A stretch of 64,000 bases of DNA from Hypanus sabinus (lineage: Eukaryota), in contig NC_082707.1 in the NCBI RefSeq assembly GCF_030144855.1, positions 189,162,001-189,226,000 on the forward strand, read 5' to 3'. Below are positions 49,993 to 62,789 of the stretch, piece by piece. The notes under the pieces were generated by a model. It saw only the letters and a program-made list of their open reading frames with translations, had not been told where the DNA came from and did not search any database. The position numbers and the translations under genes are program-made. Numbering within the stretch: position 1 is the first letter of the stretch; every line of letters begins with the position of its first letter.

Positions 49993-50300
49993 CTTGCAAG
50001 TCTTGTCCCGGACACACACACACACACACACAAACAAATCCAATACGATCCCTTTAGTTTAAATCCTTTCGGCGGTGAGATTAGAGTCCCAAGAGGGCTG
50101 CAGCGATGGATGCACCGGTATGTAGGTAGCTTTGATCCCCAGCCACCAAAGATGCTGAACAGTTTAGCTTAAAAATATAATCATCCCTATTTCTGCTGCG
50201 GATTCCGCACGTCACGGCGCTCCGGCTGTCTGTCTCTCTCCCCTTTCTCTGGTACTCCGGTTAATGGCAAAACCTCTCATCGGGCGAGCCAACCTCAAGA
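49993..50300 (-). other. NRXN3: Putative non-coding exon 1 of NRXN3-alpha (5' boundary uncertain)
   Basis: Donor CAAG|GTAGGG at 49993/49992 near the right end of the CpG-rich region, downstream (on minus) of GC-box and CRE-like motifs. Inferred; no transcript evidence. Confidence 0.45.
50012..50031. repeat. (AC)10 microsatellite
   Basis: Read directly from the sequence. Confidence 0.95.
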
Positions 50301-50470
50301 GGAACAGCCCCGAAACCCCGCCCTTCACACCACCAACCGCACCATTTAAAAAGGAAACGGCCTTTTTAGTTTCGACTGTAAGGACCGAGAGGGACAGCGA
50401 GCGGCCGCGACGGAACCGATGGCGATAGACTAATTCAGGAGTTTGCATTCGACTGAAATCGTGACGTGGG
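50190..50470 (-). promoter_or_regulatory. Candidate proximal promoter: GC box CCCCGCCC (50316-50323), CRE-like CACGTCA (50208-50214) and TGACGTG (50462-50468)
   Basis: Motifs read directly from the sequence and positioned at or just upstream of the putative exon 1. Confidence 0.45.
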
Positions 50471-50484
50471 GGGGGGGGGGGTTA

Positions 50485-51040
50485 GACCATGAGATCATCA
50501 GAAAGGAGCAGAATCAGGCTATTCAGCCCATCGATTTTGACCCACCGTTCCCTTGTGGGTGATTTATTATCCCTCTCAACCTCATTCTCCTGCTTTCTTC
50601 CCTTAACTTTCGATGCCCTTACTAATCAAGGATCTATCAGCCTCCGCTTTAAGTATACTCAATGACTTATCCAGCACAGCCGTCCGAGGCAATGAATTCC
50701 ACAGATTCACCACCCTCTGGCTGAAGAAATTCTTCCTCAGCTGTTCCAAAGTGCCGTCCTTCTATTCTGAGGCTGTGCCCTCTGATTCTCACCCCCCCCC
50801 CCCCACACACACACACTAGAGGAAACGACCTCTCCACGTCCACTCTGTCTAGGCCTTTCAATATTCGACAGGTTACAACGAGATTCCCCTCTCATTCTTC
50901 TAAACTCCAGCGTGTTCAGGCACAGAGCCATCAAACGCTCTTCATAGTTAACGCTTTTATTCCAGGGATCATTTTCTCGAACTTCCTGTGGACCCTCGCC
51001 AATGCCAGCACATGCTTTCTCAGACAAAGGGGGCCAAACC
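50485..51040 (-). mobile_element. CR1 3' fragment bordering the CpG-rich region
   Basis: YEERLMALCLNTLEFRRMRG; KGLDRVDVERSFP...RGHSLRIEG. Confidence 0.9.
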
Positions 51041-52161
51041 TGCAGACCTAAGGATATTCAGCCACCTGTCCTGTCAATTCATCCCTCCCCCCAGTATGAA
51101 AAAAATCCCGTCATTGACTAACCAGATGGAAAACAAGACAAGAAATTCATGTGCACTCTCAATTATTTTCGACAACAGCTAATTTGAGTTTCTGAAGGAA
51201 AATGGTAAATTGGTTCATCTCTTCACAGATGCTACCTGGGCCATCGAGTGTTTTGGCACTTCTGTTTTTATTTCAGATTTCTGGTTTCTGAAATTTTCTT
51301 CTTGCTGCAAAATTACAACCTTCCATTTTCCTGCTTCAGCTTCATGTCGATGGAGTCAAAGATTCATACAGTGTAAACATGGGCTTCTTGGCCAAACAAG
51401 TCTGTGCCAGCCTTCATTTACTTTAATCCTGTATTAATTATATATGTATTTCACCACTGCAGATTCTGCCACACACATGGAAGCATTTACAATAGTTAAC
51501 TAATTCACACATTTTTTTGGAATGTGGGAGGAAACCGGAGTACTTGGAGGAAACCCAGACACCATCACTGGGAGAACATGCAGACTTCACATCAAAGCTG
51601 ATGACTGAACTGTGTCCCTGGATCTGTCAGTAAATAACTCCACTGAAACATGAGAAGGTCTACAGGTGCTGGAAATCCAAAGCAACACACACAAAATGCT
51701 GGAGTAATTCAGCAGGACAGGCAGCATCTATGGAGATGAAAAATCAGTCAATGTTTCAGGCTGAGACCGTTCATCAGGGCTCTACTTGTACTGGGCTGCC
51801 TCAAATTAAATGTAATTCTCTTAACATAGTAAGGTGTCTCTAATAACATTTGATGTTGAGCAACCTAGGAGATAATTATTTTTCTGTGAATAGGTTAAAT
51901 TTTGAGGAATATTCAATAGATAAGACAAGGACAGGTTTTAGACATGGAAGTTGAGAAAATGGGGTATTAAAAAACATGGTGAACAATACTACGGCTACTA
52001 CAAATCATGAATGTGCAGTAAACCAGAATTACACTGCTCAATTCTCAAAGGGTTATTAGGCTAAAGAAAGAAGTGGTAGATCCAGAGCATTTGAAACAAG
52101 GATGGTAATTCCAAATAAAAATCGAAGTTGCCGGAAATAATTGGCAGGTCAAGTAACATCT

Positions 52162-52236
52162 GTGTGTGAGTGAGAGAGTGAGTGTGAGTGAGTGAATGAA
52201 AGAGAGAGAGAGAGAGAGAGAGAGAGCATGAGAGAG
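52162..52236. repeat. (GT/GA)n compound microsatellite within a PLE relic
   Basis: Read directly from the sequence. Confidence 0.9.
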
Positions 52237-52904
52237 AAGTTAATATTTCTGATTGATGACAATTTGGTGGAACATTTTCAACTCTGTTTCTCTGTGTAAT
52301 TCTGTGTTTACTCTCTCTCCACAGATGCAAACTGACTTTTTGATTATTTCAGCTTTTTCTACTTTATATCAGGTTTTTATCTTCTCCTGTTTTTTATGAC
52401 TTTTCAGTAATGATTTTAAAATCAAGGTGTTGCTGGATACGAATGAAATGCAAATCCCAAAAACATGAGTAATACTTGAAAAAAAAAGGTGCAAATTCGG
52501 AAAGGGGCAACAGAGTTTTTGGAAGACCTGAACTTATTCCTATCCTCACAATCTACGTGTTATGATCTTGCACTTTAGTATTTACCTGCATTGCACTTTT
52601 TGGTAGCATTTACACTTTATTCTGCATTGTTATTGTTTTACCTTGTTCTACTTCAATGCACTGTGTAATGGTTTGATTTGTATAAACAGCATGCAAGACA
52701 AGCTTTATACTCTATCCTGGTACATGGGATAATATTAATAAATGAATGTCAACAGGTGGCTGGAAGGAGAGTTTTTGGATGATTAAGTAGGTTGGTAACA
52801 ATGCTACGGATAGAGGAAAGCTGAGCCAAGGGAAAAGTTGGGAATACTCAGAAGTGGAAGTCTTGGTAGAGGGTTCCATTTATTCTTTCAAGATATGTGG
52901 ACTA

Positions 52905-53190
52905 TATAGGTTGAGTCAGCCTTTAATTGGCCATCCTTAGTTGGCCTTTGGTGAGCTTCCTTCTTGAGATGTTGGTATTCCCGCAATAGTGTTTGGGAGA
53001 GAGTTCTAGGATTTTAACCCGACAGCGGTGATGGAGTGGTGATATATTTTCCAATGGTATGAGGCTTGGAGGAAACTTTCAGACTGTGGATTTGCTGCCC
53101 TTGTCCTTCTAACTGGCAGAAGTCAAAGGTTGGGAACGAGCTGCTTAAGGAGTCTTGAAGAGTGATTGCAGTGAATAGTGTGGATGCCTC
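52905..53190 (-). mobile_element. Old CR1/L2-group LINE 3' relic
   Basis: TTTAATTGGCCATCCTTAGTTGGCC...GGGAGAGAGTTCTAGGATTTTAACCC resembles a widespread shark LINE tail, by recollection. Confidence 0.45.
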
Positions 53191-53350
53191 TGCGTTTAGG
53201 TAGAGTCATAGACTACAGCTCTGCAGCACAGAAACAAACCCTTTGGCCCATCTAGTCTGTGCAGAAATGTTATTCTGCCTTTTCCTGCTGACCTGCATCT
53301 GGACCTGGACCATAGACCTCCATACTCCTCCCAACCATGTACTTCTATTA

Positions 53351-53666
53351 AGCACAAAGTACATTGCAGATGCTGGGGTCAAATCAACATGTACAAACAC
53401 ACTTTTCCCTTATATTCCTTCTTCACCTTTCCTGCCTATCCCCTCCCTGCTTCCCCTCCCCAACCCCTTGATCTTTCCTCTGATTGATTTTTCACCTGGC
53501 ACCTACCAGCCTTCTCCTTCCCACCCTCCCCCCACCTTCTTTATAGGGCCCCTGGCCCCTCCTTCTTCAGTCCTGACGAAGGGTCTCGGCCCAGAATGTT
53601 CACTGCTCATTTCCACGGATGCTGCCCGACCTGCTGAGTTCCTCCAGCGTATTTGTACATGTTGAT
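53351..53666. mobile_element. PLE insertion (same family as 33357-33943) with a short inverted arm and a degenerate hammerhead at 53568-53605
   Basis: ATCAACATGTACAAA / TTTGTACATGTTGAT inverted ends; TSD ACTTCTATTA (53341-53350) / ACTTTTATTA (53667-53676). Confidence 0.85.
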
Positions 53667-56302
53667 ACTTTTATTAGGTGTTGAAGTCAAAACTGCATCC
53701 ACAGCTTTCTTTGGCGGTGAAGTGAGTGAGATGCCTATGAGTGAGTGGACTACTACGTCCTCAGTGTTATTGATCCTCTTGAGCCTTGCTGAAGCTGCAC
53801 TCATTCATCCAAAGGTGTCATCTTTCTCAACATTAGACAAAATGCCAAGATTACAAACAGTCTGGTTTAGCCTCCCTGAGAGGAGGGTCAATGGCTGACA
53901 ATAATATTTACCTCTTGCTATCCCTTCTTAATGAAAGACTGTCCATTTTTAAGTCTTAAAACCCCCAACTACAGCCACCAAAGCACTTAAAGAAATAACT
54001 ACAGATTCTCATTGAAATCTAACAGTGTTGACAATTGAAAATGGTATTTCATTGAAACGGTGGGGGAATTTACTCTTGGACGTGTTCATCTGTATTCAGA
54101 GGTTGAAAAGATCATTGTATTGTCAAAGTATGCATGTAGATTACAACTCTGATATTCGTCTTCTCCAGGTAGTCATGAAATACCGAAAAGCAATGGGCAG
54201 TGTTAAGAGAAAAGACATCAACGCTTCCTCCCTGGATCTAAAAAGAAAAGGAAACAAAGCTCGCAAACCCTGAAATCCCCATCCCCTCCATCGCAAAAAG
54301 AACTTACAGGTTGTCCACATGGAAAATGGCAGCTGGAAGCTCAAAAAAAAACCAGAACCCCAACTCCCTCCTTCACAAAAAGATCAGCGACAATAACAAA
54401 TCCCCCAAACACCTGCTTGCAGAAACAAAACAGCATATTACAATAATTGTTGCTTCTAATATCTACTATCTACTATCAGTATTGTGGTGCCATTTAGATC
54501 CAGTTTCGAATCTACACCCACAATGAAGAGCTCTAGGCATAGCTTGTCAAATCATAGCTTACTGGTTGCAAGGGCAAATGTACGCTTCTTCCGTCATTTC
54601 ATGGCATCACACCCAACTCAACCTTTCCAAGCCATCAAACTATTTGATTGCTTTTCTCCTCATCTGCTCTTCCAAAAAGAGTGAATTGCTAAGCACAATC
54701 TTAACTCAGCTTCATTAGAGATTCAGAGTCAAGGAGAACTACAACAGGGTAATTAACCTCACATGTCCTTGCTGATCTTCTGCCCATCTATGCCAGCTCC
54801 ATTTCTCTAGATTAGGCCCATATCCTTCTAGTCCTTGCCTACTTAAGTGCCTGTGTGAATGTCTCTTAAATATAGTGATTTTATCTGACTTCACCACCTC
54901 CTCCAGCAGTGAATTTCAGCTCTCACTATCTGTGTAACAAAAATCTTTGCCCTAATAACTACTTTGGGTCTCTGTATTCTTCTTCCCTGGTTTTTAACAA
55001 CCTTGCTGACACCTTGTACTTTGAGGCTTTTCATTCTTGTGCCAGATAACTCAACAATTACTTTTAAAAAAATAGATTTATTTTTCAGATGCAGCTTGTG
55101 CTGCACATAATCTTAAAGAGCTTGGTTCTAACAAAAGACATCCAGAGTATGAAAGCATTAAATTTTCCTGCAGTTTCTAATGTTATTGAAGTCATCGTGG
55201 GCTTAAAAATACATAATTTCTTCAGAAAGATTGCAATAGGTTGCAAAATTGAATAAGAAAAAACCGAAACTGCTGATCTGATGTTTATATTAAAAAAGAG
55301 GCTCCCTTGGCATCCCATGTCAGAATGTCTCAATAAATCAATTCAGTATTTATTTTAACATTCATATCCCTCTCAAGTTTTCAAAGTTTAATGAAGTTGG
55401 TTTAATGAAGACTCCGTTTCTCATCTCCTGACTGGCTAATTTTAAACCAATCAAATTTTAAACTTACACTCCTCAGAACTGAATTCAGCAAAGACATGGT
55501 AGCTTCTATCCAACTACAGTTTCACCCTCCTGACTGTGAAACAACAAAGGCATTCAATCTCCCAAATCACTCTACGGTTCATTTCATGTATATCAGCTGA
55601 TTGTAATGGATTTCAAATTCATGTTCTAGTCTTGGTTTGATACCCTGGTAAAACCAAAAGTTATCAATCATAATGGTGACATTTTCAGCTGACTCACCCC
55701 AACCCATACCACCTCAACATACCCGTGTACAATAATAAGAATTAGAAGCACGAATCTTTCTCTTGGACCCTTGTACCCATTCTGCTATTCACTGCGATCA
55801 TAGTTGAGCTGAATAAGAAGACCCCTCTGCGGTCTTGCCTATCCCCAGTGACCTTTAACCCTTTGGTTTTTAATAAATAATCTACTTTTGCAATAAAGTA
55901 TTTAAGGGCTCTGTTTTTCTTCACCCTTACAGGAAGAAATTTCCAAAAACTAATGACACTTTGGGTGAAAAAAAATCCTCAATCTATGTCTTATATGGTT
56001 AACCATGTTACTGTAAAGTAACTCCTAGTTCTAGATTCATCCCCTTGTCTGCAGATCCACTCTGGTCATAGAACATCACAACACAGTACAGGCCCACAAT
56101 GTTGTGCAGACCTTTTAAGCAACTCTAAGAATATAGTCCTCAGGCTCGTATATTTTATTTTCAGTCAGGTGTTTGGTAGAGGGAATTCCAGATTTGCTCT
56201 TTCCTTTCTCTGATGGAGTGTTTCCTGACAACACCTTGTACAGATTGGCTCTGATTTTAAATAATTTCACCTTGTTCCTGATTCCAGCTCCAGAGGAACT
56301 AA

Positions 56303-56376
56303 ACATGAGGAAATCTGCAGATGCTGGAAATTCAAGCCCTGGCCTGTTGCGCTCCACCAGCATTTTGTGTGTGATA
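56303..56376. mobile_element. 74-bp minimal PLE insertion
   Basis: Perfect 13-bp TSD CCAGAGGAACTAA (56290-56302, 56377-56389). The 35-nt tail is identical to 28678-28712 and is joined to an inverted pLTR end. Confidence 0.9.
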
Positions 56377-56787
56377 CCAGAGGAACTAATATGTCTTTGT
56401 CTCTACCCTAATAATTTGAAGATATAATACCTAAAAGGTCAATGTGACTATCAGAACTGGTCTTACCTGCTGGGTGGTGCCGGGGTGAGGTAGGGGGGTG
56501 TTGCAGAAGAGAAGGATCATGCAAAATATTTCCCTCACCCATTTTTGAGTTTTTGTATTTTTATTTTTGCTCTTATTTGATATAATAATAAGAGCCAAAG
56601 ACCTTTTCCCCAGGGCATAAGTGTCAAATACAAGGGGGCATCATGTTAAGGTGATTAGAGGAAAGTATATTGGACATACCAGAGGTGAGTGATGGGTGTG
56701 TGGAATGTGCTGACAAAGGCGGTGGTGGAGGCAGATACGTTAGGGGCATTTTAGAAACTCCTAGGTGGACACGTGGATGGTAGAAAA

Positions 56788-57389
56788 TTATGATAATGAT
56801 GACATCCATCTGTCTTGAAGGACAATGAAGTCAAGCCTGGGCAGAAGGTTTGGAGATCCTGGGGTGCCCAGATGTCAAGATCCCCCTTTTCAAAGGAAAG
56901 TGAAGCAATACGCTTGGCACCAGCTTGGCTGCAGGAGTTGCTTGGAGTATGTTCAATGATGTCCAGCTGCCTTAGGGGCTCCACTCTGGACTTGCTGTCT
57001 GGGTTTACTCCTGTAGGCTTTGTCTTTCACGAGGCTGTCCACAAGGCAGTGGGGTTGTTTACTCATAGCTGGGGATCTGGTTCACAGGCATCAGGGCGTG
57101 TCCACATGCCAGTGGGCCTGTGTGATATGTGTGTAGGAGCCAGACCTTCTCCCCATTCTCTGTAGTTCAGCTCGAGTCTGAAAGATGTTCAGTTTCTGTG
57201 TGTCGCTAACAAGGAGGCACCATAGACTTGCTGTTGGAGAGGCTATGTACTGGCAGGGAGAGATTTACACATTCAGTTCTCCTCTTCATGAGACTGCTAG
57301 TCAGCAATGGAAGCTGTGAGTGAGAGTGACAATTGCTACCCATTACGCTACCACTGTAGATGTGACACAACAACCATTTGACCCACAAT
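56788..57389 (-). mobile_element. Non-coding non-autonomous retroposon (602 bp) inside a CR1 tail
   Basis: TSD GATGGTAGAAAA (56776-56787) / GATGATAGAAAA (57390-57401); (TCA)-type 3' microsatellite on minus; related to 30688-31262. Confidence 0.75.
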
Positions 57390-58309
57390 GATGATAGAAA
57401 AATGGAGGGCCATATAGGAGGAAAAGATCAGATTGATCTTCAAGTAGGATAAAGGTTCAGCACAACATCATGGGCTGAAGGGCCTGTACTGTGCTGTATC
57501 CTATGTTCTATGCTTTTGTTTGTCTCCACTTGATTGCAGGAGTAGGTAGTTGTAAGTTCAGGTATAGATGTGCTGATGCTCGTAATGGGGAGGTGCAGGA
57601 ACTGGTGGGATGCTTCTAGTAAGGGTTTGGTAACAATTCAGCCACTGATACACAGAGGAGGGCTGATGGACCTGCTGTCTGTTTCCTGCTCTGTATACAT
57701 TAAAAACCTCAACATTTAATTCAACACACACAAGAAAACATATTCCTAATATTTGTAAGCTGTCAGGACATCGTGACCAGCATGGTCTCCAGCCAATGGA
57801 CCTCGGCTCGATTCCTGCATCAGGGAGTGCCACACTACCAGCCAATGTGGGGACCGCCAGGTTAATTGATCTGCAGCTGGTAATGTTGCAGCCTGTCCCA
57901 TTTACTACAGAGATGCAACAGCATCAGAATCAGGAAATCAGCTGATGCACCAGCTCCTGTGCCAAGTGCATTTAGAAACACTGCTTTCACGCGACAACAG
58001 CATCCTGCTGACCTGGCTACAGTTCACATGTTGGAAACGTTCTTCTAATTCTCTCCACCCTCCATCATGCTAAATCTGTGCAATTCATTGGCACAGATGG
58101 CTGCAGAGGCCAAGTCATGGGGTATATTTAAAGCAGAGGTTGATAGGTTCTTAATTAGTAAGGGAGTCAAAGGTTAGGAAGAGAAGACAGGAGAATGCAG
58201 TTAAAAGGGATAATAAATCTCTCATGATGGAATAGTGGAGCAAACTTGATGGGCTGAATGGCCTAATTCTGCTTGTACTTCTTATTGTCTTTTCATCTAC
58301 ACAAGGAAG

Positions 58310-60935
58310 CCTCTAGAATGTCAACAAATCTTCTCTCAGGAAAGGGACCCAAAGCTATTCATAGTAGTCCCAGTGCAGTCTGACCAATGCCTTGTAAGAA
58401 TTCAGCATTACATCCTTGCTTTTATATTCTATTCCTCTTGAAATCAATACTAATAATGCATTTACCTTATTTATTACCAGATCAGCCTGCAAAATAACCA
58501 TTAGGCAATCTTACACGAGGACTCCCAAGACCCTTTGCACCTCTGATTTTTGAATTTTCTCTCTGTAGAAAATAGTCCATGGCTTTATTCCTTCTACCAA
58601 AGTGCATGACCATACACTTCCCACATTGGATTGTATCTGCCACTTCTTTGCCCATTCTTCCAACCTGTTTAAATCCTTCTGTAGACTCCCTACTTCCTCA
58701 GCACTTCGTACCCCTCCACCTTCCTTTGTATCGTCTGCAGACAAAGCCATCAATTCCATCACCCAAATCATCTACATATTCTGTGAAAAGAAGCACCCCC
58801 AACACCGACCCTTGAGGAAAACCACTCGGCACCAGTAGTTAATCAGAAAAGGCTTCCCTTATTCCCATTCTTTGCTTCCTGCCAGTCATGTGCTTGTATA
58901 CCCATGCTAGTATATTTCCCATAATACCATGGGCTCTTATTTTATAAGGCAGCCTCGTGTGGGAGCTTGTCACTGGCCTTCTGAAAATCCAGATAAACAG
59001 CATCTACTGACTCTCTTTTATATATCCTGCTGACTACTTCCACAAAGAATTCAACAGATTTGTTCAGTTCAGTTCAGTTTATTGTCATTTAGAAACCACA
59101 AATGCAATGCAGTTAAAAAATGAGACAACGTTCCTCCAGAATGATATCACAAAAGCACACGACAAAACAGACTACACCAGAAAATCCACATAACGTTTGG
59201 TAATCCCCAAATCCAGAGTCCGGAGAGGCTGCTGCATATTAATATAGCGCTACCGTTTTAGCGCATTCCCCAGAAAGGAGCTCCAAATCCACCAAACAAA
59301 ACAAGACTACCCAGGCACACCAAGTCAGGAGACCAACTCTACCACCCAACAAAACAAAAACTAAAGCTACAAGACCTACACAAAACCACATAGTTACATA
59401 TAGTTATCGTTAACATACAGTTACAACAGTGCAGACAATACCATAATTGATAAAAAACAGACCATGGGCACAGTAAAAATAGTCCAAATATGTTAAAAGA
59501 CTATAAGTTCAAAAGAAACCACCACACAATTTCCACAAGTCCTCAGGGTCCCGACAGACTTGTTATCCCATACAGGCGGCAGAAGGGAATACCCCCGCTA
59601 TGGACTTACACAGCGCCGGACTCAGCCTCACAGACGCAGCACACAATGAAAGCTCTCTGACCGCAGCAGACTCCGAGTCCGTCGAACCCCCGAGCCTCTG
59701 ACCATCCCCTCCAGCACAGCCCCTCTGAGCACCATCCTCTGCCGAGTGCACTACGACGCCCCCACCAACGGCCACGCAATCGCAAGGACTGGGGGCCTGT
59801 TCTTCCCAGCAGAGTCCCGGACCTCACAACAGCAGCAGCAACGAAGAAGCTCTTCCTGGAGATTTCCAAATGTCCCTCCATGCTCCCACGTCTGTTTTTC
59901 ATCAGATTAGGATTGTGCACAGCACCCTACTTAACAAATAACAGATATCAGCTCTGGAGTGGCCACTGCAAACTGCGTCGTGCCGCCATCTTGGTCACAT
60001 GGACCGTTAATTTGCCGGGCAAGGTTTCCCCTTAAAGGAACCTTTACTGACTTTGGCCTATTTTCTCATGTTCCTCCAAGTACCCTGAAGCCTCATCCTT
60101 ACTAATGGACTCCAGCATCTTGTTGAACACTGAGGTCAGGCTAACTGGCCTATAATTTCCTTTCTTCTTCCTCCCTCCCCTTGTAAAAAGTGTCGTAAAA
60201 TTTGCAATTTTCCAGACCTTCAGAACTATACTAGAATCTAGTGATTCTTGAAAGATTATTACCACTGCCTCCACAATCTCTTCTGCTACCTCCTTCAGTA
60301 CCCTGGGATGTAGATCATCTGACCCAGATGATTTATCTTCCTCAGACTTTTCAGCTTCCCAAGCACCTTAAACTTATTAACAGCAAATACAGTGTACTCA
60401 CTCCTGCGCCCCTAACAAGCTCGTATTTCTGGCATATTGCTTCCATAGTGAAGACTGCTGCAAAATTCTTACAATGTTCAACTGCCATTTCTTTATTCTG
60501 CATTGCTACCTCTCTATTGTAATTTTCCAACCATCTGTTATCTAATCTTGCCTCTTTTTTTGTCATTATGTATCTGGGAAAAAAAAACTTTTGGTATCCT
60601 CTTTTATACTGTTGGCTAGCTTACCTTCATATTTCATCTCTTCTGTCTTTATGGCTTTTTTTTTAAGTTGCCTTCTGTTTTTTTAAAAGCTTCCAATTCC
60701 TTTAACTTCAAACTAATTTTTCCTCTATTATATAATCCTCTCTGTTGCTTTTATGCTGTCTTTGTCTTCCCTTGTCAGCCATGATTGCCTCATCTTCCCT
60801 TTAGAATACTTCTTCGACTTTGAAATGTATCTATCCTGCGCCTTCCGAATTGTCCCTGAAACTCCTGCCTTTGGTGTTCTGCTGTCATCCCTGCTGGTAA
60901 CCCCCTCTAATCAACTTTGGCCAGCTCCTCTCTCA
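58310..60935 (-). mobile_element. CR1 ORF2 fragment interrupted at 59063-60009
   Basis: IFQESLDS..WKIANFTTLF..G..KKGNYRPVSLTSV.NKMLESI; SADDTKEGG...LQKDLNRLEEWAKKWQ. Confidence 0.92.
59063..60009 (-). mobile_element. Non-autonomous retroposon (947 bp) with YY1-like 5' motif and (CTGAA)n tail
   Basis: Minus strand starts ...CCAAGATGGCGGC... and ends ...AAATGACAATAAA(CTGAA)3. ATTTG is duplicated at 59058-59062 and 60010-60014. CpG-rich with no recognisable TE ORF. Confidence 0.75.
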
Positions 60936-61639
60936 TGCTGGAGCTCCCCCAGCATTGTGTGTGCATTGCTTGGATTCCCAGCATCCACAGATTTTCTCGT
61001 TCGTGGACAATACAATGATAGGTTGAAGGACAGGTAGTGTTGAGGAATTGGTCTGCACAAGGATTTAGACCGATTAGGAGACTGGGCAAAGAAGTGGCAG
61101 ATGGAATACAGTGTAGGGAGGTGTATGGCCATGGACTTTATCTCTCCTCTCTTTGCGTTCGTGGTCACCTCCATAACGGTGGTAACTCAACTTTGTGTGG
61201 GAGGCAGACAGTGAGAGCAAGCAGCATATAGAAAAGAAGGGCTAAAGCAGATTTATACAATGATGGAATTGAAATGAGTAACAATCATCGTTTTATTTTA
61301 AGAGGAACTTGATGCATTTGTACAGTACATTTCCCAACCTTAGGACCTGCCTGACAGAACAGCATTGGAACAGGCCCTTTGGCCCATAATGTCTACACCA
61401 ATTGTAATGCCAGACTAACCCTATCTGCCGCCACATAGTGTGTATCTGCCTATTCCTTGTCTATTCATGTGGCTGTCCAAATGTCCTTTAAACATTGTTA
61501 TCAAATCTACTGCACCACCACACCTGATTCAGACTCAGGTTGGTTATCACAGAAATATGCTGTGAAATTTGCTTTTTTGCAGCTGCAGTGCAACACATAA
61601 AATATACTATAAATTATGATTTTATATTAAAATATAAAT

Positions 61640-62000
61640 ATTCCAGGGCAGCTCACTCACCTTTGGTCCCCACCGGGCACTCAGCTCTCACCTCTGGCTC
61701 CAAATAGCTGTTTGTATGTGACACTGACCACACCCTGGGGCACTGCTTCAATATGCAGGCTAAACCAGGTAGGTGAGGCAGCTCCTACCCCCATGAGATA
61801 GGGACATGCCTGTCCTAGCTTGTGAAGTCAGCTCTAGCGGACTGGGTGGATGAGATCTACAGTGAGATCCAACTGCCAGGGGGGCTGTTGAGAGCGAAAG
61901 GCGTAAGAAGGCATTTAGGCTGTCACGGTCATCCACTACAGCCAAGGAAGAACCCAGTTTGTGACACTTGTTCGTGCCACTAGACCCTGACTTCTGAGGT
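61640..62000 (+). mobile_element. Unclassified interspersed repeat, copy 2
   Basis: Homologous to 5900-6270. Confidence 0.7.
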
Positions 62001-62789
62001 TACTGACACACCACTCAACTAGACAATCTACAGTATCTCACTCCTGCACACCTTCTTATTTTCCTGACAATTGTTACGTCATTGGCCAAATAATATATGG
62101 TGTTTGTGCTGTGCCTAATCACACCATCATGTCCAGCTGTGCATTTCAGATATGAACCACTCTCTACGTAAAAAAATGCCTTGCAAATCTCCTTTAAGCT
62201 TCTCCACTTCCATCTTAAAAAATTCTGACGCGACCACCCTGGTAAAAAAAATTCTGTCCATCTAACCTATCAATGCTCCTCAGAATTTCATATACATCTA
62301 TCAAGTTGCTTGGCAGCCTCTAATGCTTCAGAGAAATACACAGCAGTGTCATGGTCAATGTAACTCTACAGTATCTGCAATCGGAAGGTTGGGGTTCAAT
62401 TCCTGCTACCTCTGTAAAAAGTTTTTCCCTATGACTGCACGGGTTTGCTCCAGATGCTCTGGTTTCCTCCCACATTCTAAAAGATGTACGAGTTCGAGTT
62501 AATAAGTTGTGAGCGTGCGATGTTGGCACCAGAAGCATGGCAACACTTGCTGATTGCCCATAGCACATCTTCAGGTTTTGTTGGTCATTGGTCCAAACGA
62601 CTTATTTCACTGTATGTTTTGTTGATTTGATGTACGTGACCAATAAAATGCATCATTTAATTGTTTAAAACAATCCAAGTTTTTCCAACCTTGTATATAC
62701 TCCAGTTGCTATAGGCTCTGCAAGAAGAGCCCAATTTTCTAAGTTTATAACAGAGAATAACAGCGATTAAAGAATATTGCTCTCATCTG

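Larger units (their letters stand above)
46030..50480. promoter_or_regulatory. CpG-rich, largely repeat-free region (CpG-island-like); likely NRXN3-alpha promoter and first-intron regulatory domain
   Basis: CpG dinucleotides rise abruptly relative to CpG-depleted flanks, with very GC-rich cores at ~46120-46400 and ~50190-50470. Confidence 0.75.

Noticed and set aside
54180-54720. Possible minus-strand LINE (L1/Tx1-like) remnant
   Set aside because: Composition is suggestive, but no diagnostic motif could be read.
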